Shown here piece after piece: positions 48,146-58,772 of a DNA stretch of 64,000 nucleotides (position 1 is the stretch's first letter; every line of letters begins with the position of its first letter). Source of the DNA: an uncultured Thermoleophilia bacterium (GTDB lineage Bacteria; Actinomycetota; Thermoleophilia; UBA2241); contig CAVQSP010000011.1 of the NCBI GenBank assembly GCA_963715985.1, positions 192,001-256,000 of the forward strand. The letters are read 5' to 3'. The notes beneath the pieces were generated by a model. The model saw only the letters and a list, made by a program, of their open reading frames with translations. It did no database searches and was not told the DNA's origin. The translations under genes and the position numbers were made by a program.

Positions 48146-50830
48146 ATGAGCACACGGAACCTGGACAAGCTCTTCGACCCCCGGAGCATCGCCGTCATCG
48201 GCGCCTCCAACAAGAAGGGGTCGGTGGGCTACATCCTGCTGCGCAACCTCATCGGCGCCGAGTACGACGGCATCGTGTATCCGGTCAACACGTCGGCCCA
48301 GTCGGTGCAGGGCATCCAGGCCTACGCCTCCATCAGCCAGGTGCCGCGCAAGATCGACCTCGCCGTGATCGCCGTGCCGGCCAAGGCGGTGCCCGAGATC
48401 ATGCGCGAGTGCGGCGAGGCCGGCGTGTCCGGCGCCGTCATCGTCTCCTCGGGCTTCAAGGAGGTCGGCCGCGAGGGCAAGAAGCTGGAGGAAGAGGTCT
48501 GCGCCATCGCCGAGAGCTACGGGGTGCGCATCGTCGGTCCCAACTGCCTCGGGTACATCCGTCCGGGCATGAACCTCAACGTGACGTTCGCGCACGTGAT
48601 CCCGCCGGCCGGCCGCGTGGCGTTCTTCAGCCAGTCCGGCGCCCTGGGCACCGCCATCCTGGACTGGGCGGCGGCCAATCACGTGGGCTTCTCCGCCTTC
48701 GTCAGCGTCGGCTCCATGGCCGACGTGGACTTCGGCGACCTCATCGACTACTTCGGCGCCGACGCGCACACCAGCAGCATCATCCTGTACATCGAGTCCA
48801 TCACCGACGCGCGCAAGTTCATGAGCGCGGCCCGCCACTTCGCCAAGAGCAAGCCCATCATCGTGGTCAAGAGCGGCCGCACGGCGCGCAGCGCCCTTGC
48901 GGCCGCCAGCCACACCGGCGCGATCGCCGGCGACGACACGCTGTACAGCGCCGTGTTCCGCCGCGCCGGCGTGGTGCGCGTGGACGAGATCGAGGACCTC
49001 TTCGACGCCAGCGAGGCGTTGAGCCGCGTCTCCAGCCCGCGCGGGCCGCGGCTCGGTATCGTCACCAACGCCGGCGGCCCCGGCGTGATGGCCAGCGACT
49101 GTCTGCTCAGCCTCGGCGGCGAGCTCTCCGAGATCAGCCCGGAGACGGACGAGAAGCTCAAGGCCGCGCTGCCCGGCTTCGCCGCACGCGGCAACCCGGT
49201 GGACGTGGGCGGCGACGCCCCGGCGCAGCGCTACGCCGAAGCCGCCCAGGCGCTGATCGACGATCCCAACTGCGACGGCGTGCTCGCCATCCTCACGCCG
49301 CAGGCGATGAGCGATCCCACGTCCACGGCCTCGGCCCTGGTAGATGTGGCGCGGACGCATCAGCTCAAGCCGCTGCTCACCTCGTTCATGGGCGAGATCA
49401 AGGTGGCGGAGGGCGTCGAGATCTTCCGGCACGCACACGTGCCGACCTTCTCGACGCCCGAAGACGCCGTGCGCGCCTACATGTACATGTACCAGTACAC
49501 GCGGAACCTCCAGAACCTCTACGAGACACCGGCCGATATCCTGCCGGACTTCGAGCCGGCCCGCGACGCGGTCAAGAAGATCTTCCTCGACGTCGCCCAC
49601 GACGGGCGCTCCATCCTCAGCGAGGTGGAAGCCAAGGCCGTGCTCGAGGCCTACCAGATCCCGGTGGTCAAGACCATGGTCGCCGCGACACCCGAGGAGT
49701 GCGCCGCCCGGGCGGAGGAGATCGGGTTCCCCGTGGCGATCAAGATCCTCAGCCACGACATCACACACAAGAGCGACGTGGGCGGCATCGCCCTCAACGT
49801 GCGCTCCGCCCCGGAGGCCTCCAACCAGTTCACGAAGATCGTCGACCGCGTGAAGCTGGCGATGCCCGAGGCGAACATCATCGGCGTCGCGGTCGAGGCC
49901 ATGAGCCGCGGCGGCTACGAGGTCATCCTCGGCTCCAAGAAGGACCCCACCTTCGGCCCGGCGCTGATGTTCGGCATGGGAGGCACGGGCGTGGAGCTGT
50001 ATCGCGACGTGGCCCTGGACTTCCCGCCGCTCAACCAGGCGCTGGCGCACAGCATGATCCAGAGCACCAAGGTGTCACGGCTGCTCGAGGGGTACCGCGG
50101 CAAGGCGCCGGTGGACATCATCGCGCTGGAGCAGGCGCTGGTGAAGCTCAGCTACCTGCTGGTGGACTTCCCCGAGATCCTCGAGATGGACGTGAACCCC
50201 TTGCAGGTGAGGACCGACGGCATCTGCGCGCTGGACGCGCGCATCGTCATCGAGCCCAAGGACGTGCGCAAGATCACCCTGCCCGGCTCGCACCTGATGA
50301 TCTCCATGTACCCGAGCAAGTACGAGTGGGACTTCCCGGTCGACAGTGAGACGGTGAAGATCCGCGCCATCAAGCCCGAGGACGAGCCGCTGTGGGCGGA
50401 GATGATCGAGTCGCTCTCGCCGGCCACCGCCGAGTACCGCTTCTTCGGCCCGGTGAAGGAGGTCACCAAGTCGATGCTGGTGCGCTACTGCCACATCGAC
50501 TACGACCGCGAGATCGCCCTCGCCGCCGTCGCCCAGCCCAAGGGCAAGCGCAAGAAGCGCATGCTCGGCGTGGCCCGTCTCACCATCGAGACCGCCAACT
50601 CGGAGGAGGGCGAGTTCGCCATCCTCGTGCGCGACGACTGCCAGCGCAAGGGCATCGGCAGCAAGCTCATGGAGGCGCTCATCCAGGCCGCCCGCGATCG
50701 CCACGTGCGTGAGATCAACGGCGACGTGCTCGCCGCCAACCCCGGGATGACACGCTTCGCCGAGGACCTGGGCTTCGACATCCGCCCCGGCAACGAGCCC
50801 GAGGTGCGCAAGCTGGTGCTGCGGCTCTAG
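48146..50830 (+). CDS. Acyl-CoA synthetase (NDP-forming)-GNAT fusion, Pat/PatZ-type lysine acetyltransferase
   Basis: SIAVIGAS, GPNCLG, SQSGALG, ASHTGA, HKSDVGG, C-terminal GNAT (QRKGIGS). Confidence 0.92.
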   Translation: MSTRNLDKLFDPRSIAVIGASNKKGSVGYILLRNLIGAEYDGIVYPVNTSAQSVQGIQAYASISQVPRKIDLAVIAVPAKAVPEIMRECGEAGVSGAVIVSSGFKEVGREGKKLEEEVCAIAESYGVRIVGPNCLGYIRPGMNLNVTFAHVIPPAGRVAFFSQSGALGTAILDWAAANHVGFSAFVSVGSMADVDFGDLIDYFGADAHTSSIILYIESITDARKFMSAARHFAKSKPIIVVKSGRTARSALAAASHTGAIAGDDTLYSAVFRRAGVVRVDEIEDLFDASEALSRVSSPRGPRLGIVTNAGGPGVMASDCLLSLGGELSEISPETDEKLKAALPGFAARGNPVDVGGDAPAQRYAEAAQALIDDPNCDGVLAILTPQAMSDPTSTASALVDVARTHQLKPLLTSFMGEIKVAEGVEIFRHAHVPTFSTPEDAVRAYMYMYQYTRNLQNLYETPADILPDFEPARDAVKKIFLDVAHDGRSILSEVEAKAVLEAYQIPVVKTMVAATPEECAARAEEIGFPVAIKILSHDITHKSDVGGIALNVRSAPEASNQFTKIVDRVKLAMPEANIIGVAVEAMSRGGYEVILGSKKDPTFGPALMFGMGGTGVELYRDVALDFPPLNQALAHSMIQSTKVSRLLEGYRGKAPVDIIALEQALVKLSYLLVDFPEILEMDVNPLQVRTDGICALDARIVIEPKDVRKITLPGSHLMISMYPSKYEWDFPVDSETVKIRAIKPEDEPLWAEMIESLSPATAEYRFFGPVKEVTKSMLVRYCHIDYDREIALAAVAQPKGKRKKRMLGVARLTIETANSEEGEFAILVRDDCQRKGIGSKLMEALIQAARDRHVREINGDVLAANPGMTRFAEDLGFDIRPGNEPEVRKLVLRL

Positions 50831-50887
50831 GATGCCGCGCCCCTGTGGGGCGCCCTCCCAGAACGACGTGGCGCGAAGGGCGCCGCC

Positions 50888-53337
50888 TCAAGGTGAGGCG
50901 GCGCCCTTCGTATCTTGTAGCCGCAGCGAGGTCTCCGTGATGGTCCCGTCGCCGATGCGGCCGGGCAGCATGCCGGCCGGCCGGGCCGGGTACTGCCCGG
51001 CGGCGCCGGCCGGCAGGCCGTAGGAGAAGTCGACGGCGCGCAGCAGCACCGAGGGCCCGGCGGCGAAGCGCAGCGTGACCACCACCCCCTCGGGCGGCGG
51101 CCCGTAGAAGTCGAACGACCAGCGCACCGTGGTGCCGTCGAGGAGCGTGGTGTCGCGGCCGGCCAGCCGCTGCCCGTCCACGCTCGCCGTGAGATACCCG
51201 ACCACCGTGTGCACGAGCAGGCTCACGACGGCCGCGTCGCGCCGCGAGCGCAGGCGCAGGCGCACCGTGCGGCGGTCGTCCTCGGTGGTGTCCGAGAGGA
51301 CGCGGAGGGAGGGCGGCCGCAGTCCGTACAGCGGGGCGCCGCCCGCCAGCGTGTCCCGCGTGCCCAGCGTCGGGAAGTACGCGGCCATGAACGGCGAGCT
51401 CAGACGTTCGGTGAGGAAGCGTCGCGTGTACTCGTCCAGCGGGTCGAGGGTCTGCCATACGGCGGTGCCGTCCGCACCCTGCCGGTAGTACACGCTGGTG
51501 AACTTGGGGTGCTCGCTGTCGAACGCCACGGTGGAGCCGGCGGCGAAGAGGATCACCACGCCGGCCACGGCCAGGGCCAGCGGCAGCCACAGCCGGAAGG
51601 CGCGCGCCACCAGGGCGAGCGGGAGCACGAGCAGCCCCGCGAGCAGCCACACGCACAGCACCGTGACGACCTGCTTGAGCCCCGCCGACATCAACAGCAG
51701 GTACGTGGCGGAGCTCAGCAGCAGCAGACCCGGCACGGCGCCGGCGAGACCGGCGAACGCGGCGCCGGCGCCTACGGCGGTGCGGCCGGCGCCCACGTGC
51801 CGGTGGGGCCTGCCGGCGCGGGGACCGCCGCCTCGGCGGGAGGAGCCGGCTCGGCAGAGGCATCCACCTCGGCAGGCGAGATCGGCTCGGGGGAGTCGGG
51901 TCCGCGACGCGCGCGCTGAGTCGACAGCACGGCGACGGCGAGACCCAGGGCGCCGCCGGCCAGCGGCAAGGTGAGCAGATACCCAGCTTCGGGCACCGCG
52001 TAGGTGACGGCCACGGCACCCGCGAGCCACCAGCCGAGCCCGGCGACCGCCAGGTCCCAGGCGCGCAGGCGTCGCAGCAACAGGGCGTAGATGGCCAGCA
52101 CCACCGCCGCGGCCAGCAGCACCAGGCCCAGCCGGTACCAGTCGCTGATCACCACCCCGGTGTCGCTCCACACGCGCTCCTCGTAGGCCGTGCTGTACAT
52201 GGTCCAGACGACGGCCATGCCCAGCAGCGAGAGCCCCAGGGCGACGGCGGTGCCGACCACCGACCACACGATCCCCCTGGTGCTGAGGAGGCGGCGGCGC
52301 GTCGCCAGCACGACCGCGGCCACGAACAACACCGCCGCCACGACGGCGATGGGCAGCGAGTATGAGGCCGGGTAGACCACACCCACGCTGGCGACGACGT
52401 CGAAGGCGACCACGTCCGGGCGGTGGACGTGCCAGAGGTCCAGGTCGCCGAGACGGCGGCTGAGGGCCAGGGCCGTCTCCCCTTCGTGCTGCAGGCCCGC
52501 CTCGTTCACGGCGTCGACGGAGTCATAGGCGGTGTGGTTGAACCCCGGCCCGTCGAGCATGCCGAAGCTCATGCCGGGGATGCCGCGCGCGAGGAAGGCA
52601 CGGAAGTCGCTGATGATGGGCTGGCGGCGCGACACCTCGTACATGAGCGACGAGGTGTACGGCTGGGTGGAGTCGACGAGCTCCCTGACCAGCAGGCCGT
52701 TGCCGGGCGAGGTCTCGTACATCAGCGCGGGCGACGACGACCCCGCACTGTCGAAGTTGAGCACGACCGCAGTGCCGAAGGCCCAGGAGTCATCGCGCAG
52801 GAACGCCTGGGCGCCGAGCAGGCCGCGCTCTTCGCCGTCCGTGAACAGGAAGATGATGTCGTTGCGCGGCGGTGGGCCGGCACGCAGCGCGCGGGCGACC
52901 TCCAGCAGCGCGGCCACGCCCGTGCCGTCGTCGGCGGCGCCGGGTGCGGTGGGCACCGTGTCGTAATGAGCCATGAGGAGCACGGCCCGCGACGTGTCGC
53001 GTCCGGGCAGGCGCCCCGCCACGTTGCGCACCACGCCGGCCACCCTGGGGTCGCGGGCGGAGACGATCTCCGAGGCGAGGATGTGCGGGCCGAGCCCCAG
53101 CTGCCGGAGTCTGCCGTAGATGAGGTCGCGCGCGCGCCCGGCATGGTCCGAGGCGATGGGACGAGGCTCGGCGGCGATCTGCCGCAACAGGTCCATCGCC
53201 CGCTCGGACGAGAACTCCGTGGCCGGCGCCGAGGCGGGCCGCGGCCGGGGCGCGCCGAAGGGCGTGACGGCGATCACGGCCACGAGGACCACGAGGCCGG
53301 CGAGCAGCCCCGCGAGCAGGTACAGTCTGGCGCCCAC
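50888..53337 (-). CDS. M28 family membrane metallopeptidase (frameshift near 51800)
   Basis: AHYDTV..APGAADDGTG, TDGEERGLLGA, multiple TM helices, C-terminal extracellular domain. Confidence 0.88.
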
Positions 53338-53421
53338 GTCTTCACTGTAGCCACCGGGTGCTCGTTTGCAACAAAGCCCGGAGGCGTAGACTCCCGGAAT
53401 GGTCGCAACGGTCAGCCAGCC

Positions 53422-54294
53422 GTGAGGGAGCCCGCGCCGACGCCGCCGGGCAGCTTCGTCATCGCCGCCGGCACGCGGCTGCACGTGGTGCGGCGCGGAG
53501 AAGGGCCGCCGGTGGTGTACGTGCACGGCGCCAAAGGCTCCGTGTACGACTTCACCCTGTCCGTGGGCGACCGCATCGCGCAGAAGTACACCGCGGTCGC
53601 CATCGACCGGCCCGGGTCCGGCTTCAGCGGACGCCCGGCCGGCGGCGACACCTCGCCGCAGGCCCAGGCCGCCGTGCTGCGCGCCGTGGCCGCGGCGCTC
53701 GGGCTGGAGAGGCCGCTCCTCGTCGGCCACTCCCTGGGAGCGGCCGTGGCGCTCGCCTGGGCGCTTGACGCGCCTCAGGAGGTGGCCGCGGTCGTCACCT
53801 TGGGCGGGTACATGCTCCCGCTCGGCGGCCCGCCCGCGTGGGTGCACGCGCTCCTGCGCTCGCGCACGGTCGCGCGCGCCACAGGTCTCGTGGGCCGCTC
53901 ACGGCTCGCGCGGCCCCTGGTGGAGGCGGCGCTCAGACGCGTCTTCTCACCCGGGAAGGTGCCGCCGGACTACGCCCGCATCGCGCCGGCGCTCGCCCTG
54001 GCCGACGCCAACGTCGTCAACGACGGCGCCGACCGGCAGGCGGCGGAGGCCGGCCTGCGGGCGCTCGCGCCGCGGTACGCCGGGCTCGCCGTCCCCCTCG
54101 TGATCGTGGTCGGCGAGGGCGACCGCATGGTGCCGCCGGCCACGTCGGCGCGCCTGCACGAGCTGGTGCCGGGCTCGGAGCTCGTCAGCCTGCCCGGCAG
54201 CGGGCACATGCCCCAGTTCACGGCGCCGGACGACGTGCTGGCGGCCGTCGACCGTGCCGCTCTGCTGGGCGGCGTGACCGCCCCCGGCGCCTGA
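53422..54294 (+). CDS. Alpha/beta hydrolase
   Basis: YVHGA, DRPGSGFS, GHSLG, GSGHMP. Confidence 0.9.
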   Translation: MREPAPTPPGSFVIAAGTRLHVVRRGEGPPVVYVHGAKGSVYDFTLSVGDRIAQKYTAVAIDRPGSGFSGRPAGGDTSPQAQAAVLRAVAAALGLERPLLVGHSLGAAVALAWALDAPQEVAAVVTLGGYMLPLGGPPAWVHALLRSRTVARATGLVGRSRLARPLVEAALRRVFSPGKVPPDYARIAPALALADANVVNDGADRQAAEAGLRALAPRYAGLAVPLVIVVGEGDRMVPPATSARLHELVPGSELVSLPGSGHMPQFTAPDDVLAAVDRAALLGGVTAPGA

Positions 54295-54350
54295 CCGGCA
54301 CCGCGCCCGGCGTTTGCTTCTGCCCCTCCCGCAGCGTACCATCCTGCACT

Positions 54351-54620
54351 GGTCGCGCTAGGCGGGGAGCCAGCGGTGCCCTGTACCCGCAATCCGCTAC
54401 AGCGGGGCTGAATTCCCGCCCGAGGGACCGTTCCGCGAGGCTGTCAGCCGGCGCGCGGCGTTGAAGGTCGGGTCCTACGCAATGGAACCCTGCGAACCCC
54501 GTCAGGTCCGGGAGGAAGCAGCGGTAAGCAGGCCATTCCATGTGCCGTGGGGTCGCCTGACCGGAGCTTGCGCCCGGCGAGGACGTTCGTCGAACGTGTT
54601 TCGACGGCGGGTGCGCGACC
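54351..54620 (+). ncRNA. ffs: Signal recognition particle RNA, large (Alu-containing) type
   Basis: Helix 8 GTCAGGTCCGGGAGGAAGCAGC, Alu-like 5' region GGGGAG..GCGGTGCCCTGTACCCGCAATCCGC, terminal stem GGTCGCGC/GCGCGACC; lies upstream of dnaX. Confidence 0.93.
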
Positions 54621-54737
54621 ACTTCTTTCCCTCCTGCACGGGGGTAGACTGATGCCCGTAGAGCGCGTCCCCAGACGGAGTGCTCGTGAGCGACTCGCCG
54701 ACACGAAGTGCCGGCAGCGAGGCGGACCGGCCATCCG

Positions 54738-56549
54738 ATGAAGCGCTCTCTGTATCGCGAGTACCGCCCGCAGGCCTTCACCGAGCTCGTCGGCCAGGAC
54801 CACGTCGCACGCACCCTCCGCAACGCGGTGGAGACCGGTTCGGTGGCCCACGCCTACATCTTCGCCGGCCCGCGCGGCACCGGCAAGACGAGTACCGCAC
54901 GCATCCTCGCCAAGGCGCTCAACTGCATCGGCACCGAGGCGGCGCCGGTCACCGCGCCCACCGCCACGCCCTGCGGCGTCTGCCGCCACTGCGTCGGCAT
55001 CGCCGGCGGCGTCTCGCTCGACGTCATCGAGATGGACGCCGCCTCCAACAACGGCGTTGACGACGTCCGCGACCTGCGCGAGAAGATCGCCTTCACGCCC
55101 GTCGATGGTCGCAACAAGATCTACATCATCGATGAGGTCCACATGTTCTCCAACGCGGCCTTCAATGCTCTCCTGAAGACCTTGGAGGAGCCGCCCGCCG
55201 ACGTGGTCTTCGTGCTCGCCACCACCGAGCCGCACAAGATCCCCGAGACCATCGTCTCGCGCTGCCAGCGCTTCGACTTCAGGCGCCCCCAGGTCCGCGA
55301 CATCGCCGCCCTGCTCGCGAGCATCGTGGAGCGCGAGAACGCGCGCTCCGACGAGGAGCGCGGCGGCCCGCGCATCGAGATCCAGGACGCCGCGCTGGAG
55401 GAGATCGCGCGCCACTCGCAGGGCGGCTTCCGTGACGCCATCGGCACGCTGGAGAAGCTGATCACCTACTCCGATGGCGCCATCCGCCCCGCCGACGTCC
55501 TCGAGGCGCTCGGCGTCACCGACGCCGACCTGCTGTTCGAGATCACGGACGTCGTGGCCGAGCGCCGCACCGCGGAGGCGCTGCAGTTCGTGCAACGGCT
55601 GGCCAACGACGGCGCCGACTACACCCAGTTCATCCGCGACCTGCTGCGTCATCTCCGCCAGCTCTTCCTCCTGCAGCACCTGGAGGAGTCGGCGCGGGAC
55701 GCCGCCGTGCTCCGCGCGTTGGGCCAGACGGTCGAGCTCGACGAGCAGCTGCTCGAGCGGCTCCTGCCGCAGGCCAACAGTATGGCGCCGCGCGAGGTCG
55801 TGTACTTCGTCGAGACGCTCGGTGAGGCGCAGCGCGAGATGCGCGACGGCCTCGACCCGCGTCTGCAGCTCGAGCTCGCGCTGGTCAAGGTCACGCGGCC
55901 GCAGCTGGACCACACGGCGGCCGCGCTCGAGGAGCGCCTGCGGCGGCTCGAGGCCGGCGGGGGCACGCCGCACACCGGCCCCGGCCACGGCGCCGCGGCG
56001 CCGGCAGCACAGACGGCTGCGAAGCCCGCCGCACAGGCCCAGCCGGCGGCACGGCCCAGCCCCGCGGAGGCGCAGACTGATGCCGCAGAGGCGGCCCCGG
56101 CCGGCAGCCCCGCCACCCCCCAGGAGGAGGCGCCCGCCGACGCCGCGGCGGCGCCAGCGGGGCCTCCCACCGCGGAGATCACGGTGGACCGCGTGCGCCG
56201 GGCCTGGGAGCTCGTCCTGCAGCGGGTGCAGACGGGCAGCGTAAGCCTGTACGCCACGCTGCGCGACGCCCGCCCCAGCGAGCTGCGCGGCGACGACCTC
56301 ACCGTGAGTCTCCCGTCCGAGTTCGCGTTCACGCGGGCCCGCGAGCCCGGCAACGCCGAGGTGCTGGCCAAGGCCATCGAGGAGGTCCTCGGGCGGCCTC
56401 TCACGCCCGCCTTCGTGCTCGCCGCCGCGGCCGCCTCGCCGGGACCCGAGCAGGCCCCGCCCACACAGCCCGAGACCCTCGACTTCACCGCCTTCATCAA
56501 ACACGCCAAGGGCACCTTCGACGCCGAAGAGGTACCCGACGATTCCTAA
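54738..56549 (+). CDS. dnaX: DNA polymerase III subunit gamma/tau
   Basis: LYREYRPQ.F..LVGQ, GPRGTGKTS, EMDAASNNGVDD, IIDEVHM, SRCQRF. Confidence 0.97.
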   Translation: MKRSLYREYRPQAFTELVGQDHVARTLRNAVETGSVAHAYIFAGPRGTGKTSTARILAKALNCIGTEAAPVTAPTATPCGVCRHCVGIAGGVSLDVIEMDAASNNGVDDVRDLREKIAFTPVDGRNKIYIIDEVHMFSNAAFNALLKTLEEPPADVVFVLATTEPHKIPETIVSRCQRFDFRRPQVRDIAALLASIVERENARSDEERGGPRIEIQDAALEEIARHSQGGFRDAIGTLEKLITYSDGAIRPADVLEALGVTDADLLFEITDVVAERRTAEALQFVQRLANDGADYTQFIRDLLRHLRQLFLLQHLEESARDAAVLRALGQTVELDEQLLERLLPQANSMAPREVVYFVETLGEAQREMRDGLDPRLQLELALVKVTRPQLDHTAAALEERLRRLEAGGGTPHTGPGHGAAAPAAQTAAKPAAQAQPAARPSPAEAQTDAAEAAPAGSPATPQEEAPADAAAAPAGPPTAEITVDRVRRAWELVLQRVQTGSVSLYATLRDARPSELRGDDLTVSLPSEFAFTRAREPGNAEVLAKAIEEVLGRPLTPAFVLAAAAASPGPEQAPPTQPETLDFTAFIKHAKGTFDAEEVPDDS

Positions 56550-56561
56550 GGAGAGTCCCCC

Positions 56562-56888
56562 GTGGCCAACCCGCAGTACAACAAGATGATGAAGCAGGTC
56601 CAGGAGATGCAGCGCAAGATGGCGCAGGCTCAGGAAGAGCTCACCGTCGAGACCGTCGAGGCCAGCGCCGGCGGCGGCGTGGTCACCGTCGTCGTCACCG
56701 GCAGCCTCGAGGTCAAGGAGGTCCGCATCAAGCCGGAGGCCGTGGACCCCGACGACGTGGACATGCTGCAGGACCTCGTCGTGGCGGCGGTCAACGAGGC
56801 GCTGCGCGCCGCCCAGGACCTTGCCTCACAGAAGCTCGGCGGCGCCACCGGCGGCATCGACCTCCCCAACATCCCCGGCCTGTTCTGA
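56562..56888 (+). CDS. ybaB: YbaB/EbfC nucleoid-associated protein
   Basis: ASAGGGVV.V, DPDDVDMLQDLVVAAVNEA; dnaX-ybaB-recR synteny. Confidence 0.95.
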   Translation: MANPQYNKMMKQVQEMQRKMAQAQEELTVETVEASAGGGVVTVVVTGSLEVKEVRIKPEAVDPDDVDMLQDLVVAAVNEALRAAQDLASQKLGGATGGIDLPNIPGLF

Positions 56889-57181
56889 GCGCTGCCGCCG
56901 CCGGCGTGGATGTTCGTGTAGTAGCGACTGCATACAAGCCGCAAACACTCCTGTATGGAGACGGCCGTGGGCGCACGTGCGCAACGGCCACGGCCTCTCG
57001 TCCGCTTCGGGTCGCCGACGCGACATGCAGGCGTGGACGCATCGTGAGAAGGTGCGTGCGCTACCCTTCGTGCGCCTGACGCGGTACAATCTTGCGTTGG
57101 GTCAAAAGGGCCCTGCTGCGCTGCATCCGGGTGTGCAGGATTGTGTATCTGGATGCATACTGTAATCAGAGGAGTGTGCAT

Positions 57182-57784
57182 TTGTATTCGCCTGCTGTCG
57201 AGCGCCTGGTCACCGAGCTCGCCAAGCTTCCCGGCATCGGTCCGCGGACCGCTCAGCGGCTGACCTTCCACCTCCTGCGCCTGCGCCCGGAAGAAGTACT
57301 GCCGCTCGCGGCCGCCATCGTCGACGTCAAGGAGAAGATCGGCTTCTGCAGCCGCTGCTTCAACCTCGCCGAGGGCGACCTCTGCACCGTGTGCGCGGAC
57401 ACGCGCCGCGACCCCAGCGTGCTGTGCGTGGTGGAGCAGCCCTTCGACATCGTGACCATCGAGCGCACGCGGGAGTTCCGCGGCCTCTACCACGTCCTCG
57501 GGGGCGCGCTGAGCCCGCTCGACGGCGTGGAACCCGGCGACCTCCACATCGCCGAGCTGCTGGCTCGCGCCGACGGCGATGTGGACGAAGTGATCCTTGC
57601 CACCAACCCCACCATGACCGGCGAGGCCACTGCCATGTACATCGCGGACATGCTGCCGGAGCGCGTGCGCGTCACGCGCCTGGCCAGCGGCCTGCCGGTG
57701 GGCGGCGACCTCGAATACGCGGACGAACTGACCCTGGGCCGCGCCCTTGCGGGGCGACGCAGCCTGCGGCGAGGAGAGGAGTGA
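57182..57784 (+). CDS. recR: Recombination mediator RecR
   Basis: LPGIGPRTAQRL, C4 zinc finger, YHVLGG, ATNPT..GEATA, GLPVGGDLEYAD. Confidence 0.96.
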   Translation: MYSPAVERLVTELAKLPGIGPRTAQRLTFHLLRLRPEEVLPLAAAIVDVKEKIGFCSRCFNLAEGDLCTVCADTRRDPSVLCVVEQPFDIVTIERTREFRGLYHVLGGALSPLDGVEPGDLHIAELLARADGDVDEVILATNPTMTGEATAMYIADMLPERVRVTRLASGLPVGGDLEYADELTLGRALAGRRSLRRGEE

Positions 57785-57786
57785 CC

Positions 57787-58389
57787 ATGGCGACCAAGAC
57801 GCCGGACAAAGCGGCAGCGGCGGGCCTCACGGAGATCCGCTGGCACGGCCGCGGCGGCCAGGGCGCGGTGACCGCGGCCAAGATGGTCGCCGAGCTGGCC
57901 CTGGGGCAGCACAAGTTCTTCCAGGCGTTCCCCGAGTACGGGCCCGAGCGCTCAGGGGCGCCCATCGTGGCCTTCACCCGCGTCAGCGACGAGCCCATCC
58001 AGGTGTACGCGGGTGTGGAGCACCCGGGCATCGTCATCGTCCTGGACTCGTCACTGCTGGCCATCGTGGACGTCACCAAGGGCGCGCCCGACGACGCCAT
58101 CGTGCTCGTCAACAGCAGCCGCAGTCCCGCCCTGCTGCGCAAGACCTACGGCATCAAGGGACACAGGCTGTTCACGGTCAACGCGACCAGGATCGCCATC
58201 GAGACGATCAAGCGTCCCATCCCCAACACGCCCATGGTAGGGGCCCTCACGCGCATCACGAGCCTCTTCCCCATCGACGAGGTGGTCGAGTTCCTGCGCC
58301 ACGACTTCGGCAAGAAGTTCCCGCCCAAGGTCGTGGAAGGCAACATCAGCGCCATCATGCGCAGCTACGAGGAGGTCGAAGGCGAATGA
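57787..58389 (+). CDS. porC: Pyruvate/2-oxoacid:ferredoxin oxidoreductase gamma subunit
   Basis: EIRWHGRGGQGAVT, QAFPEYGPERSGAP, PNTPMVGAL. Confidence 0.93.
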   Translation: MATKTPDKAAAAGLTEIRWHGRGGQGAVTAAKMVAELALGQHKFFQAFPEYGPERSGAPIVAFTRVSDEPIQVYAGVEHPGIVIVLDSSLLAIVDVTKGAPDDAIVLVNSSRSPALLRKTYGIKGHRLFTVNATRIAIETIKRPIPNTPMVGALTRITSLFPIDEVVEFLRHDFGKKFPPKVVEGNISAIMRSYEEVEGE

Positions 58390-58769
58390 CCGTGGAGAAG
58401 AAGGCAGGCGCCAAGCGGCCGGCGCCACCCCGCAAGCCCCGCGCGCGCAAGCCCGTGCGCAAGCCCAAGTGGGACATCAGCGACGTCGCCACCTGGGGCC
58501 CCGAGCGCCACGAGCTGGGCGCCACCATCATCGAGGCCGGCAACTCCTGGTTCAACGAGACGGGCGGCTGGCGAAGCATGGTGCCCCTCATCGAGACGGA
58601 GAAGTGCGACGGCTGCATGCTCTGCTACTTCTACTGTCCGGACTCGTCCATCGTGATCGAGAACGGCAAGGCCGTGGGCATCGACCTGGAGCACTGCAAG
58701 GGCTGCGGTATCTGCGCCAAGGAGTGCCCCACCAAGGCCATCGCCATGAAGACCGACGTCAAGGAGTGA
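58386..58769 (+). CDS. porD: Pyruvate/2-oxoacid:ferredoxin oxidoreductase delta subunit
   Basis: TGGWRS..P, CDGCMLCYFYCP, CKGCGICAKECP. Confidence 0.93.
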   Translation: MTVEKKAGAKRPAPPRKPRARKPVRKPKWDISDVATWGPERHELGATIIEAGNSWFNETGGWRSMVPLIETEKCDGCMLCYFYCPDSSIVIENGKAVGIDLEHCKGCGICAKECPTKAIAMKTDVKE

Positions 58770-58772
58770 CCA

